Shown here: in pieces, positions 1-12,572 of the stretch
Position numbering within the stretch: position 1 is the stretch's first letter
Layout: the number at the start of each line of letters is the position of its first letter
Source: Stramenopiles sp. TOSAG23-2
Taxonomy: Eukaryota
DNA length: 54,609 bases
Direction: 5' to 3'
NCBI GenBank assembly: GCA_900128395.1
Contig: LT649260.1
Coordinates: 1-54,609 of the forward strand
Notes under the pieces: model-generated
The model's input: only the letters and a program-made list of their open reading frames with translations
Told to the model about the DNA's origin: nothing
Database searches by the model: none
Made by a program: the position numbers and the translations under genes

Positions 1-20
1 TTTTTTTTTGGTGGCATCTT

Positions 21-55
<35 letters not shown>

Positions 56-573
56 TAATATATTCTACGTGTATTTGTAAATATCTTGATAATATATATA
101 TATATTAACAATAGTATTGATGATAGTTTCTTGTTCTTCTACAATATACTATTTCTGCATGTGTTATATATATATATATATATCGATATTCGTTTTTCTT
201 AATAATCCAATACACATAGTTATACTGTTTTTTCTAATAATAAAATAACGATTAAACCGATAAAAAATTGATGAAGAATAATAATAATTATGATGTGTGA
301 TGTTCATGTAACGTTCTAATAATATGAAATAGCATTATTAATAGAATTAATGGCCAATTAATGAAATTAACAGCATAGCAGCAGCAGGAAATACCAACAA
401 CACTAACACATCAACATCATGTAAATTGAACATTGTCCTATTTCCAGCTTGTTTAGTATACTAATTTCCCATCCAAGTACTGTATACAATTATCACACAA
501 TACTAATACACAATACACAATTTGATAGACAAATGCGATTATCTATACTTATTAGTATATATAATACATCTAT

Positions 574-653
574 GGTAATCTGGTAATCCAGGTAATCTCA
601 GGCAATCACCTATTGCCTGGATTGCCTGGATTGCCTGGATTGCCAGGATTGCC
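574..653. repeat. Inverted pair of ~9-bp tandem repeat arrays upstream of CFAP74
   Basis: Left arm has GGTAATC/GGCAATC units (574-607). Right arm has ATTGCCTGG x3, ATTGCCAGG, ATTGCC (612-653), approximately the reverse complement of the left units. Confidence 0.75.
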
Positions 654-877
654 GTTATTTCAGGCTTTCGGCTTTCAATCAAACAACTGCATTTTATCAT
701 TATTATATATATGGAAAGAAAATAATAATAAATTATAGAAAGTATAGGTAAATATGATTATATTAGAAATGAATAAAATAGAAAATATATCTACATAAAT
801 ATAATTATTAAATAATCATATATCTACATATATATATACATAATATAGCTAGCAATAGTGTGTAATTAATAGTATTC

Positions 878-3800
878 ATGGATGAGTCTTCTACAAATCA
901 ATCACAACTATGGAGAGATAGTATTGATGAAAATACCATAGCGGAAAATGAAGCAACGGACGAAATTATAGATGATATGAAAGATCCTAGTCCTGTTAGA
1001 AAAGGAAGAAGATCATCTCCAACGAAAAAAGAAATAATACAAAAGCATATGACGCCCGGCGGTGTCGTCTCATCTTATAAAACTGTCGCTGCATGTGAAG
1101 ATGAACTGGAACGTGGACGTTTACAAGAAAAAATTGAAAAAGCACAGTTGGACGTACTGGCAAAACGGAAAGTTGCTTTAGAAGCTAGGGAAAAAGCTGA
1201 TCGCGAAATAGCGAAGCGACGGGAACTGGAACAACATATAGTGAAATTAAACAATGATATTGAACGATTAGGCCCACACAAAGAAAACGTGATTTTAGTT
1301 CAAAAAGTTAAAAAAGAACTAGCACAAACTGAATATCAATTACGAGAACAAAAACAATTTGAAGAGCGTGAAATAAAATTAATGTATCACTCGGAGAAAG
1401 AAGCTGATTATGCAGATATGTTACTGGAAAAATATAGTGATGCAGTTGGTGTATTGGAAAGGCACAAGGTGGAAGAACGTGATGAAAGTAAAATAGTAGC
1501 TAGGTATCGCAATAAGAAAGAGCAACAAAGTGCAATGCGATTTGAAAAAAGGCGTAAGAAGAAACAAGCACGGTTTGCAAAACAAATGGCTGCACAAGAT
1601 AAATTAGCACATAATCAAGTACAGGTAACAAAAATTCAACACGCTATTGCGAAGGATAATTATCGTACATTATTGAAAGAGCAAAAGGAAACATACAAAG
1701 AGGTAATGGATGTCCATGCAAAAGAGCATGATGAGCGTACTCGCGCATTGTTAAAATTGAAAAAAAGTACTGAAGTTGCAAATGCACAAATGCAAGGCAA
1801 AACTGCGAAGAAGAAAGCAAGGGAAAAGAAAATTGAGCAGAAACAAAAACAAGAGTTTGATGCTATCTTGGCAGATGGTCGGAATCCATATGAAGAATTT
1901 CGACGTAGGAAGCAACAAGCTAAATTTAAAGCAGATAAGCAAAAATTAATTGAAAAAGAAATTTATAATAAAAATGAAATAGCACGTAAAATGATCAAGG
2001 AAGAAATTCATTTTGTAAAAGAAGATAAAGTTATACGGGAACATGCAAAATTTGCTGATGTGTACCGTGCAAGCCTTGGACGCCATGTAACGGAGGAAAG
2101 AACGAAGAAATATATTCAAAAATTAACGAAAACTGGTTCCGATTTCGTCGATCCAACTGGTCGAATGTTTCGCATTGAAGGTTCTCAACATACAGCAATA
2201 CCGGACAATTCATTAGGCATTGGTCGTTTAGCGAAGGAAAGGCCAGATGTTATTGCAAAAAAAGCAAGCGAACGTGCAATGAGAGGTGTTTCTCATAATG
2301 AATTGCATTCATATGTCAAAGGTGCTGCGTTAGAACCTGATTCGGATGATGAAGGTGATAGCAAACCGACTGATAAATATGAGGAACTGCTAGGAAAAGT
2401 GGAAAAACCTGGTGCAACGTTGCAAATAAATAAAAATAATAGTGGCGCAGCACCAGTCATGACAGATTTCGAGAGTGATATTTTGAAGTCAGAGAAAGCG
2501 TCAACAAGAGCTTCCTCCGTTGCAACTACAGTAACTGATTCAGGGCGAAAAGTATATAAACAGCGCGAGTTGACGAAATTGGAAAAACAATATCAAGAGA
2601 AAGCAAAAATTAGGCATAGGGAAAATATCGTTGGCAAGCAAATTGTTTGGGGTAAAGAATTTAAAGGCGATGCATTTATTTCAAAACCAGCAAAAATAAT
2701 ATTTAAAGATTTTGATGTAGGGAAAAAAATGAAAATACGTTTTTCATTGACAAACGTTTCCTATACATTTAATCATTTCAAATTGCTTGATTTAGATGAT
2801 GAAATCAAAGATTTTTTTGAGATTACATATGACAAGCCAGGACGTATGAGTGCCGGTACCTCGTGTTCCATTTTAATTGAGTTTGATCCGAAGTTGAATA
2901 AAGATATTGTATCCATATTGCCAGTTTTGTCACACACCGGGCCGATTAATATTCCATTAGAATGTTACACAAAAAAAGTAGTCCCTTCCATATCTACTGC
3001 ATTGATTGATATGGGAACTGTTGTTTTAGGCGATGATGTTCAATCCACGTGCAAATTTTTAAATGATGGCGCTTTACCAACAAATTATCATATAGAAGAA
3101 ATTACATCGTTAGATGAGTTTAATTTTGATGCAGAGACCAATGAATTATTAGTTGATCCCGTGAAAGATATGGAAGTGAAACCAGCAATGTTAAATTATG
3201 CCGCAAATGATTCTATGAAGGGTTATAGTAAAAACAAAGTCCCATTTACATTTCGTCCTCGGCAACCGGGGAAGCTACATCGCGTTTTAAAAGTAACTTT
3301 TGATGGGTCTGACGTTGAGATTATTTTGACCATAACAGCATTATCATTGAAAGTTCCAATCTACGTCGATAAACGTTTAATCGATATGAAATGTTGTGTA
3401 TATGATAAATTATATCGTGCACCTGTTCGAGTCCGTAACCGTGGAAATGTGGCGTTAAAAATGCAAACGAAGGTACCAAAGGAATTACAACATGCATTAG
3501 GTATGTTTCCACCGATGGGTTTTGTTCAAGCTGCTGACAAAGCAAGTGGGGAAGCCGGCTTATTTGTCGTGCAAATGAAATTCAGAACTACGTCTGAGAC
3601 GCTAAAATTGTGTGAAAAATATCGAACGGATCCAAGTGATCCAAATATAATTGTCGTCCCCGTTACAATAGACGTTCCAGATCAAACATTAGCTGTTATT
3701 TTTCGCATTAAAAGCAAATTGACGTCATCTGATATCATTTTTGAACCGAAAGAAATTAATTTTGGACCGTGTTTTACCGAACAATCGGTTCACGTACCGT

Positions 3801-6019
3801 TAACAATCACCAATACATGTGCACTGCCACAAAAATTTGGCTTTGTAAATCTACCACGAGAAATTTCCGTTCCAGAAGACGATGGTTTCGGTACATTGTT
3901 ACCGAACGAAACGATTGTTCGAAATATAGTCTTTAGCCCAGTAGCAGCTGTGCCTGTGAAATTGAAATTAAAAATGTGCACATATTTAGATAGGGAATTT
4001 AACATAACATGTAATGGTGTAGGCGTCGAGCCAGTCATATCTTTAAATTATAATTTGATCAAAATGCAAGCTTGTCCAATAGGTGAAAAAGTTGTCAAGT
4101 CAATCATGGTACGAAATATATCGAAAAAAATGCAGATGTTTGAATTTAATGCCCCAAGTACGAAAATTGCTGGGATAACTGTATGTCCTAGTGTGGGAAA
4201 ATTAAAACCGAACGAGGCGTGTAGAGTGGAGGTTACATATAAGCCAGATTTGATCAAAATTGCGGCAGATGGTAGCGATACAAGCAAACCACCACCACCA
4301 CCACAAAAGAGCATTGAAGATCTAGAAGATGAAAATGCCAGTACGACGAGTAGCAGGCCTGGTAGTAAAAATAGCAAGAAAGGCAAAGGGAAAGGAAAAA
4401 AGTCAAGACCAAATTCAAGAGCTAGTAAGAAAAGTGATAAAAGCGAGGAAAAAGCTGAAAGTGAAGAAAAGAAAGAGGATCCATTAGCGTATTTAAATGA
4501 AACTGCGCTAGTGGTAGAGGAACCACCGTTTGTGATGCCACCACCATTTGAAGGATCGGTAGACTGGAGCGAGAAAGTAAATGGTGGTGAAGAGGATTGG
4601 AGTCGTCATGGTGTTTGGAAAATTCCATGTTATACAAAGCAATTAAATGACGATGGAAGTAGTACGAATGATAGCATTATGGACCAACCATTAGTCTGTT
4701 TGGAAGTACACACCGTGTCAACTGAAAAAATGTTTAATGCAGAAGTTCCCCACGACGTAATTAGCCGCTTCCCTGCATCTACCAGTAGCAAATTAGACTT
4801 TGGACAAATGGCTGTTGGCCAAGTCGAAGTTGCGCCAATTGTCGTTGCAAACTTGAACGCAAAAGCAACCATTTTAAGGATGATACAACCCCCAAATACG
4901 CATGGGCCATTTTCAGTTGTAAATGCATTGCGACCACTTGCTGAATTTGGAGATTTGCATGGCAAAGCTACACGAAATCTTTTTATACAATTCAGGCCAG
5001 AAAGGCAATTAAAATATGCAGAAAAAATTATAATAGAAACTGATTTTGGTGCTGCTACTATTCGTTTAATTGGACAAGGTGTCGAGCCTGTCTTGCAAGT
5101 AACGCCAGAGGATGGACAAGTTGATTTAGGCCAAGTCTTGGCAGGTGATTCTGCAAGGAAAACAATAATGTTGAAAAATTGCAGTGTATTCCCGTTGACA
5201 TACAATATCGTTGGAAGAGGTAGCATGCCGACTAATTACAATGGCACAAGCGTTTTTAGCTGCGTTCCAGAAGGTGCTGTGATACAACCGAATGCAGAGC
5301 AAGAAGTTACTGTATCTATACGACCTGATCACGAATTGGCTGAACCGTATTCGTGCGTCATGATGGTACGTGTGCCGACAACGGATGAAAAAAAGGCAGT
5401 CGAAAAAAGATTAACGTTAAAGGGCCGTTGCTGGCAAAGACAATTGTACGTTCGCGCGTTACAAGCGGCGGATGATGTTAAACCAGGATCCAAGGAAGCA
5501 GTTGATGATACCTTTTCGATACCACCTGAATTGGGTGTAGATACTGCAGAAGGTAGGGAAGATTTAAAAACCCCAGCAAGAACGCATAAGATTACTTTGA
5601 AATTCCCGAAAAAATCTGAAAATGCGGAAGTACCAACAAACGATGGTGGTAAAGGTCAAGGTGGATTAGTATTGGAAAAAGAAATCGCAATAGGTGCAAC
5701 TGCAATAAATGAACCAGGTCGGGATGGTAAGGGTGGTACGTTTGAAATCGGTGCACCGCTTGGTGGAGGTGCTGGTGCAGAATATTTTTCATTTGAACCA
5801 AATAAAGGTAGTTTATCTGCTGGTGGAGAAGTTATCGTTAAAGTTAAGTTTACGCCTCCAGCTGAGGAAGAAAAATCTGAGGATGATCCATGTGTTACAA
5901 TAGGTCGTTGGAATGAGTTGACTTATCCATGTATTTTAAAGGGTGGATATGTACCAGAAGGGGTCGAACCAGAAGAGCAAGTAGAGATTGTAGTGAGTGG
6001 TTTTGTTGTTGGCAATTAA
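878..6019 (+). CDS. CFAP74: Cilia- and flagella-associated protein 74-like (coiled coil plus multiple ASH/PapD-like Ig domains)
   Basis: Intronless 1713-aa ORF with an N-terminal coiled coil, the 'GRNPYEEFRRR' block and the 'FISKPAKIIFKDFDVGKK...LTNVSYTFN...PGRMSAG' segment typical of CFAP74. Repeated 'FG....I.N' ASH-domain starts follow. Confidence 0.85.
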   Translation: MDESSTNQSQLWRDSIDENTIAENEATDEIIDDMKDPSPVRKGRRSSPTKKEIIQKHMTPGGVVSSYKTVAACEDELERGRLQEKIEKAQLDVLAKRKVALEAREKADREIAKRRELEQHIVKLNNDIERLGPHKENVILVQKVKKELAQTEYQLREQKQFEEREIKLMYHSEKEADYADMLLEKYSDAVGVLERHKVEERDESKIVARYRNKKEQQSAMRFEKRRKKKQARFAKQMAAQDKLAHNQVQVTKIQHAIAKDNYRTLLKEQKETYKEVMDVHAKEHDERTRALLKLKKSTEVANAQMQGKTAKKKAREKKIEQKQKQEFDAILADGRNPYEEFRRRKQQAKFKADKQKLIEKEIYNKNEIARKMIKEEIHFVKEDKVIREHAKFADVYRASLGRHVTEERTKKYIQKLTKTGSDFVDPTGRMFRIEGSQHTAIPDNSLGIGRLAKERPDVIAKKASERAMRGVSHNELHSYVKGAALEPDSDDEGDSKPTDKYEELLGKVEKPGATLQINKNNSGAAPVMTDFESDILKSEKASTRASSVATTVTDSGRKVYKQRELTKLEKQYQEKAKIRHRENIVGKQIVWGKEFKGDAFISKPAKIIFKDFDVGKKMKIRFSLTNVSYTFNHFKLLDLDDEIKDFFEITYDKPGRMSAGTSCSILIEFDPKLNKDIVSILPVLSHTGPINIPLECYTKKVVPSISTALIDMGTVVLGDDVQSTCKFLNDGALPTNYHIEEITSLDEFNFDAETNELLVDPVKDMEVKPAMLNYAANDSMKGYSKNKVPFTFRPRQPGKLHRVLKVTFDGSDVEIILTITALSLKVPIYVDKRLIDMKCCVYDKLYRAPVRVRNRGNVALKMQTKVPKELQHALGMFPPMGFVQAADKASGEAGLFVVQMKFRTTSETLKLCEKYRTDPSDPNIIVVPVTIDVPDQTLAVIFRIKSKLTSSDIIFEPKEINFGPCFTEQSVHVPLTITNTCALPQKFGFVNLPREISVPEDDGFGTLLPNETIVRNIVFSPVAAVPVKLKLKMCTYLDREFNITCNGVGVEPVISLNYNLIKMQACPIGEKVVKSIMVRNISKKMQMFEFNAPSTKIAGITVCPSVGKLKPNEACRVEVTYKPDLIKIAADGSDTSKPPPPPQKSIEDLEDENASTTSSRPGSKNSKKGKGKGKKSRPNSRASKKSDKSEEKAESEEKKEDPLAYLNETALVVEEPPFVMPPPFEGSVDWSEKVNGGEEDWSRHGVWKIPCYTKQLNDDGSSTNDSIMDQPLVCLEVHTVSTEKMFNAEVPHDVISRFPASTSSKLDFGQMAVGQVEVAPIVVANLNAKATILRMIQPPNTHGPFSVVNALRPLAEFGDLHGKATRNLFIQFRPERQLKYAEKIIIETDFGAATIRLIGQGVEPVLQVTPEDGQVDLGQVLAGDSARKTIMLKNCSVFPLTYNIVGRGSMPTNYNGTSVFSCVPEGAVIQPNAEQEVTVSIRPDHELAEPYSCVMMVRVPTTDEKKAVEKRLTLKGRCWQRQLYVRALQAADDVKPGSKEAVDDTFSIPPELGVDTAEGREDLKTPARTHKITLKFPKKSENAEVPTNDGGKGQGGLVLEKEIAIGATAINEPGRDGKGGTFEIGAPLGGGAGAEYFSFEPNKGSLSAGGEVIVKVKFTPPAEEEKSEDDPCVTIGRWNELTYPCILKGGYVPEGVEPEEQVEIVVSGFVVGN

Positions 6020-6193
6020 ACGGTATTTTAATTACTATGAGATATATAAAAAAATCTTTGAGAATAATCAAAAATAATTGATAATTCATACACTCTCAAT
6101 ATGTAATATCTCCCCTCTACACCTTTTTTTATATTATACAACATTTTTATTTCAATTTATTTTGGTATACTATTAAGTATAAGTTTCTATATG

Positions 6194-6318
6194 TGATTTT
6201 ATTTGTTCATTTTTACATTAAAAAATGCATAAAAAATTTAATAAATGGATATGAAAAAATATAAAATAAAACGGTACACTATTGTATTTTTTAATGTAAA
6301 AATGAACAAATAAAATCA
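6194..6318. repeat. Perfect 33-bp inverted repeat with 59-nt spacer (hairpin/MITE-like)
   Basis: TGATTTTATTTGTTCATTTTTACATTAAAAAAT at 6194-6226; exact reverse complement at 6286-6318. Confidence 0.9.
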
Positions 6319-6566
6319 GAAAACAGGATACATGATGTATTAGTCTAGCTGGGCTAGCCAGCTAGCTCAAAGACGTTACGTTTACACCCCACTGTTAAAT
6401 GTTAAATAGTGCAATAATAATTATCAAAACACAAAGAATTTATAGACGACATGTATAGGCTATGTATTAATACATACAATTGATACAAAACAAGAAAACA
6501 AATACAATCATCACATCCACTTTTTCATTTTCAACCTCTCATTTTGCAAATCGGGATAAACAAAAT

Positions 6567-9500
6567 ATGTACATATCTGGATTTAAATTGGATGCAGCGC
6601 CAACACCTGCCGTGCAAGCAAGGCAATTGAGGCAAGATAGGCAAAATGCTTTTTGGGATTCACGCAACAAGAATAATAAATTGGATGCAGCGCCAACACC
6701 TGCCGTGCAAGCAAGGCAATTGAGGCAAGATAGGCAAAATGCTTTTTGGGATTCACGCAACAAGAATAATACTAATAATGATAAACTAGATAAATTTCCA
6801 TTAATTTTAACTAATAAAATGAAACAACTTGCCAGTAATAATCCAAACAATCGTCGTTTAAAAAAACATAGTATAAATAATTATGTAAACAATAAGAATC
6901 GAGAGTATATATCTATGAATAAGCCGGGATTTAATGATGGGAATATAAATAAAAAAAAGAGTTACGATAAAAAATATAATTTTTTCCCAAAACAATCAAT
7001 CATACCTCCAAATAACAATAATAACAACAGTTTTGATATGAATAATAATGATAACAACGATATCGTCTCGATATTTGAAAATAGCTTTAATAACAGCAAT
7101 AAAATAAATAAACAACAATATTTTATTGATAATAACAACCAAATACACGAAAGAAATGTGAAAAAAATCATGCCAAGAAAGCCACGCCCATCTGATATAA
7201 TGGGAAACATAAGACGTACAAACACTGCACCAGAAACATCAGTGAATAATAATAATAACAATAACAATAAAAACAAACAATATCATGCAAGACAAACAAC
7301 CACCTATAATAAAAAAGTCAAGCAACGACCAATTTCATGCCAAGAAAGCCACGCCCATCTGATATAATGGGAAACATAAGACGTACAAACACTGCACCAG
7401 AAACATCAGTGAATAATAATAATAACAATAACAATAAAAACAAACAATATCATGCAAGACAAACAACCACCTATAATAAAAAAGTCAAGCAACGACCAAT
7501 TACAACATCTATTGTTGCTTCACCGAACAAAATAAAACGAACAAATTCGAGCAAAAGAAAATCTAATGATCAAAAAAAGAAACAACAACAAGAGAAAGAA
7601 GAAGAAGTTGTGATTAAAATTCCACCACCAGTACGAATGTATTATGTCATTGGAAAAGGTAATAATTCTATCTTATTGATGAAAGTTGCTTCACCGAACA
7701 AAATAAAACGAACAAATTCGAGCAAAAGAAAATCTAATGATCAAAAAAAGAAACAACAACAAGAGAAAGAAGAAGAAGTTGTGATTAAAATTCCACCACC
7801 AGTACGAATGTATTATGTCATTGGAAAAGGTAATAATTCTATCTTATTGATGAAAATGTTTCGATTACGAAATGGTTGGTCACCAGTGGAATTAGATGAT
7901 CCAAGAGCTAATTTCATTTGGACCATGTATAAAAAAACAAGTACTTTTCAAATGTTAAAAAAATGTAAAGATAAGAATCAACCGTTATTAATTAATCATT
8001 TTCCTGGCAATAGTTGCTTAGTGACTAAAAAAGGTTTATTCCATTCCTTATCGAAATATCACAAAAACCATGGTACCGATGTTGGACAATCTGTACCAAT
8101 GACTTTTCATTTAATTAAAGATGTCAAAGATGAGCAATATGAACAATTTATAGACCGTGCAAGAAAGTTAGATCAACAATGCAGGGAACAACTTGGAAAG
8201 AATGGTAGTAAACAGAAAATAAATGATGAAGATGGTAAAATAAATAATGAAGAAATATTGATGGAGGGAGAAAATGATGAAGGAGGGACACCAGAAATGC
8301 CACCTTCTTCCTCCCCGGAAAAAACACAAAACAATAATAATAACATGATACAATCGAAGAAAAAGAAAAAAACAACAAAGAAAAAATCATCAAAGAAAAT
8401 AGTAAAACCGAAAAAACGTACAGGTGCATATTGGATAGTAAAACCAGCATCCATGACCAATCGTGGCTATGGTATTAAAGTAGTAGCTTCTGCAGAAGAA
8501 GTAATGAAAATTGTAAATGGCACAAATAAAAAAAATAGTAATAATAATACCAACGACGATGGTGGTAATAGTAATAATAATACATCATAAAACCAGCATC
8601 CATGACCAATCGTGGCTATGGTATTAAAGTAGTAGCTTCTGCAGAAGAAGTAATGAAAATTGTAAATGGCACAAATAAAAAAAATAGTAATAATAATACC
8701 AACGACGATGGTGGTAATAGTAATAATAATACATCAAATGAAGAGCAAGGTGATATGGATGATAATGATGATAATAAGACTAGTGCTAGTAAAAAGACTT
8801 CATCAAAAAAATCTTCAACTAGAAAAGAATGGATTGTACAGAAATATATGGAAAATCCATTATTATACCATCAACGTAAATTTGATATACGATGTTTTAT
8901 ATTAGTAACCGGTGGTGATTTTTCACGAAATAGCGAGAAGCCGAAGCAAAAAAGAATGGATTGTACAGAAATATATGGAAAATCCATTATTATACCATCA
9001 ACGTAAATTTGATATACGATGTTTTATATTAGTAACCGGTGGTGATTTTTCACGAAATAGCGAGAAGCCGAAGCAACATTTAACATGTTATTTATATACT
9101 GAAGGTTACTTACGAACATCATCTGTTAAATTTAGTTTAGATGAGAAAAAATTAAAAAATATATTAATGCATTTAACAAATGATGGAATACAAAATAAGG
9201 ATTCAAAAAATTATGGAAAACATGAGCAAGGGAATAAAATCTCGTATGAAAAATTCCAATCTTATTTGACATCTTTATATCCAAATAAACCAGAATATGC
9301 TGATGCAATGAAGAAAATTATTTTACCACAAATTAAACAACTTATCATAGAAACAATGGAAGCTGTACAAGATAAAATTGCTGGGAAAACATCTTCGTGT
9401 TTTGAATTGTATGGGTATGATTTTATGGTAGATACAGATTTGAAAGTTTGGTTGATTGAAGTAAATTCTAATCCATGCTTGGAAGATTGGTCGTGTCCAT

Positions 9501-10151
9501 TATTAGGTAAAATGATATCTAATATGTTGGCATGTATGATGAAGATTGCAGTTGATAAGCCATTAAAACGAGAGCAGCATACGAAAGATTTTGAATCGAA
9601 AGCAGCAGCAATTATTGAAGATGGTGAAGGGGGTGGTCTAAAATTGAATCTTAACAAAAAACGATCAAAAAAAGGAGGAATTGAAGGTTGGTCTAAACCA
9701 GAAGAATCTCCTGTATTATCAGAAGCTCAAATAGAACGTCGAAAACGTCTTCAACAACGACATGATTTCGAAAAAATTTGGAGTCAAGAGAAAAAAATAT
9801 TTAAAAATAATAATAATAAAATAATGAAGAAAAAAGTCGAAGGTAATGTTCTTGCTATTAATGACGATGGGGAAGCCAAAGAGGAACCAGAGAATGTGCA
9901 AGAAGGAAAGGAAGAAAATAGTAGTGGCTCAATTCGAAAAAATTTGGAGTCAAGAGAAAAAAATATTTAAAAATAATAATAATAAAATAATGAAGAAAAA
10001 AGTCGAAGGTAATGTTCTTGCTATTAATGACGATGGGGAAGCCAAAGAGGAACCAGAGAATGTGCAAGAAGGAAAGGAAGAAAATAGTAGTGGCTCAAAC
10101 AGTGAGGTAAAAGGTAGAAAGATCGATACGAAAGAAGAAGAATCTGTTTGA
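6567..10151 (+). CDS. Tubulin-tyrosine ligase-like protein (probably TTLL3/8/10 glycylase-like), frame broken by six tandem duplications
   Basis: TTL motifs spread over consecutive ORFs: 'GKGNNSILL', 'INHFPGNSCLVTKKGL', 'WIVKPASMTNRGYGI', 'IVQKYMENPLL..RKFDIR', 'HLTND', 'FELYGYDFMVD...WLIEVNSNP'. Each frame change coincides with a duplication junction. Confidence 0.85.
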
Positions 10152-10365
10152 GTGTGTGTGGGGGGTTAAATGTGTACGCTGTGTTTATATATATTGTATT
10201 TTAATATGTATGATATATATGATGATAACACTGTGTGTAAAAATATGAATAAAATATGAATTATAGTTTATTTATACGAACAAGAATATGAAAAAGAATA
10301 CGATCGTAATATGGATTTTTTTATAATTTTAACACGCACAACACACGAACGTGTGTTGTTTTTGT

Positions 10366-11901
10366 TTACATAGTTTTATTTTTTACATTTCTTAAATATG
10401 CTTCAATTTGAGGATCCAATTTCAACGTATTTTGTTTTTGCTCTACACCACTACTACTATTGTTATTGCTAATATTATTATTACCTAATGCAGAAGGTAT
10501 TCTTATAGAACCATCATGTGTTTCTGAATATTCCTCTTCGTTGCCAAAACCTTCTTCCTCTTCATTTGCCAATTCTTCTTGCGTAGGTGGAAACAATGCG
10601 TCATACAAATATGCAAGTACTTCATCTTTAGACATTAATTCTTCAATTACACGACGACGATCCATTTGCGTGAATTGATTCAATTTAATAGGTGGTGATA
10701 CGCGACCGTTGTTTGATGCACCATGACTATCTTTACGAGCTAACTGTGTTGGTTTAAATCCTGTAGATGGATTTGCTTTGCGTCTTTCCACATCTTTTTT
10801 AATAGTATCAACGCAACGTAAAAACAATTCCTCTAACGAAGAGCGCTCTTGCTGCCCACCAACATCTGCAGCACGCATTTTAATCATTTCATTCTGCGCA
10901 TTTTTCAATTGCCTTTTTAACATTCGTATTTCTTCTTTTTTCTCTTTGTTTTCTTTTATTAATTTTTCTTGTCCAATACTTTTACGATTTGGATTATACG
11001 ATGCATTGCGATTCATTCCACGATTACTATTATCATTTTTACGGAATCCCATGCTAGGCGTAGTTGTCATCGAGCGTCGATTGCTATCTCTTGTTGGTGG
11101 AAACATTGGTGACATTGCCCTAGGATCATCAATCGGTGTATGCACTGGTGTGGAGCTTAAACGTATTTCTAGTTCAGCACGTAAAAGTTTATTTTGTTTT
11201 TTACTAGCTTTTAATTGTTTCTCAAGCCAGTTCCTATCTTCCTCAATGGTTACTAATTTTTCTCAACGTATTTCTAGTTCAGCACGTAAAAGTTTATTTT
11301 GTTTTTTACTAGCTTTTAATTGTTTCTCAAGCCAGTTCCTATCTTCCTCAATGGTTACTAATTTTTCTCTCATGAATTTCAAATCTTTTTTAATATTCGT
11401 TGCAAACCCATCCAATCGCAATGCTTCTTTTCTGAACCAATTGCGTTCTTTTTGCAAACCAACAATTTTAGCATCTTTCTTCATAGCTAACTCTGCTTCA
11501 TCAACTTTACTTCGTAAGTTTTGTAACTCTTTTTGTACATTATACATATGGGCACGATATGCAGATAAAAAATCTTTTTCTTGCTTCTTCAATACCATTC
11601 CAAGCTTATCGCTCAAATTTTGAACAATATGCGTTACTTTCCCATGCAAATCCTGTACATTGCCATATCCTTGCGGTTGATATATTGTTTTTAATGCATC
11701 TTCCGTTGCTTTTGATGCTTCTTTTTCTAACGCAGTAATAAAAGTATTTTCATCTAACGCAGATGCTAATTGTTCTGGTACTTGTTCATTTTCCTTCGAC
11801 ATAATGATGTAAATACTATGTTTATAAATATCTTTTAAACAAGGCAATATATCTAACGCAGATGCTAATTGTTCTGGTACTTGTTCATTTTCCTTCGACA
11901 T
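10366..11901 (-). CDS. Uncharacterised coiled-coil protein; internal stop created at a duplication junction
   Basis: ORFs 11263-11946 and 10366-11145 are in the same frame. The TGA at 11263-11265 arises at the junction of a 105-bp duplication. The start region (MSKENEQV) is also duplicated with a 99-bp period (ATG at 11901 and 11802). Confidence 0.7.
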
Positions 11902-12572
11902 AATGATGTAAATACTATGTTTATAAATATCTTTTAAACAAGGCAATATATCTCTCTATAAAATATATATAATTACTTGCTATTCTTGCGTAATCCTTTT
12001 TATGTGGTCTCTACAAACGGGGAATATATATACGTAATATATTGCATCAAGTTTATTTTGTCCCATGGAAGTACACACTGTTTAATATAATTATTATACA
12101 TATATATGCACATATGTAAATAATAAAAGTATATATTATTATTTTTTCAACAGACATTACTACAACTTGTAATTATTATACTATGGCGATAGGCTTAGCT
12201 ATACACATCGGTTCCAGTGACAGTTTCGAAGAAGCAAGAAGTAATACGTATAGCTTTTAGTGTACCAATAAATTTTTATATAGGGAGATAATATGAATGT
12301 CATAAAATCGGATATTTCTTATTTTCATCCAAATTAACGTTTTTGGAGTTTTTGAATTATCCAACATATTCCTATATAAATATAGGTATACTAAATATAT
12401 ACTAAATCTATAAATCAATATTCCCCTTCATCCACTCAATGTGCTAATAAAATAATAATGGTGCAATGATGCTATTTTTGGGAATGATGATGAATATGAA
12501 TAAACAACTACCTAGTATTATTATTCCAAAAAGATATATATACGTATATATATAAAATTAATAATATAATAG

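Noticed and set aside
6567-10151. Programmed frameshifting or pseudogenisation of the TTLL gene
   Set aside because: Every frame break maps to a tandem-duplication junction and the catalytic motifs are intact, so an assembly artefact is simpler.
10778-11623. 281-aa plus-strand ORF and other long antisense ORFs (e.g. 31933-32664, 4630-5226, 29034-29663)
   Set aside because: They are shadows of real genes on the opposite strand, with Ser/Phe/Leu-biased composition and no motifs.
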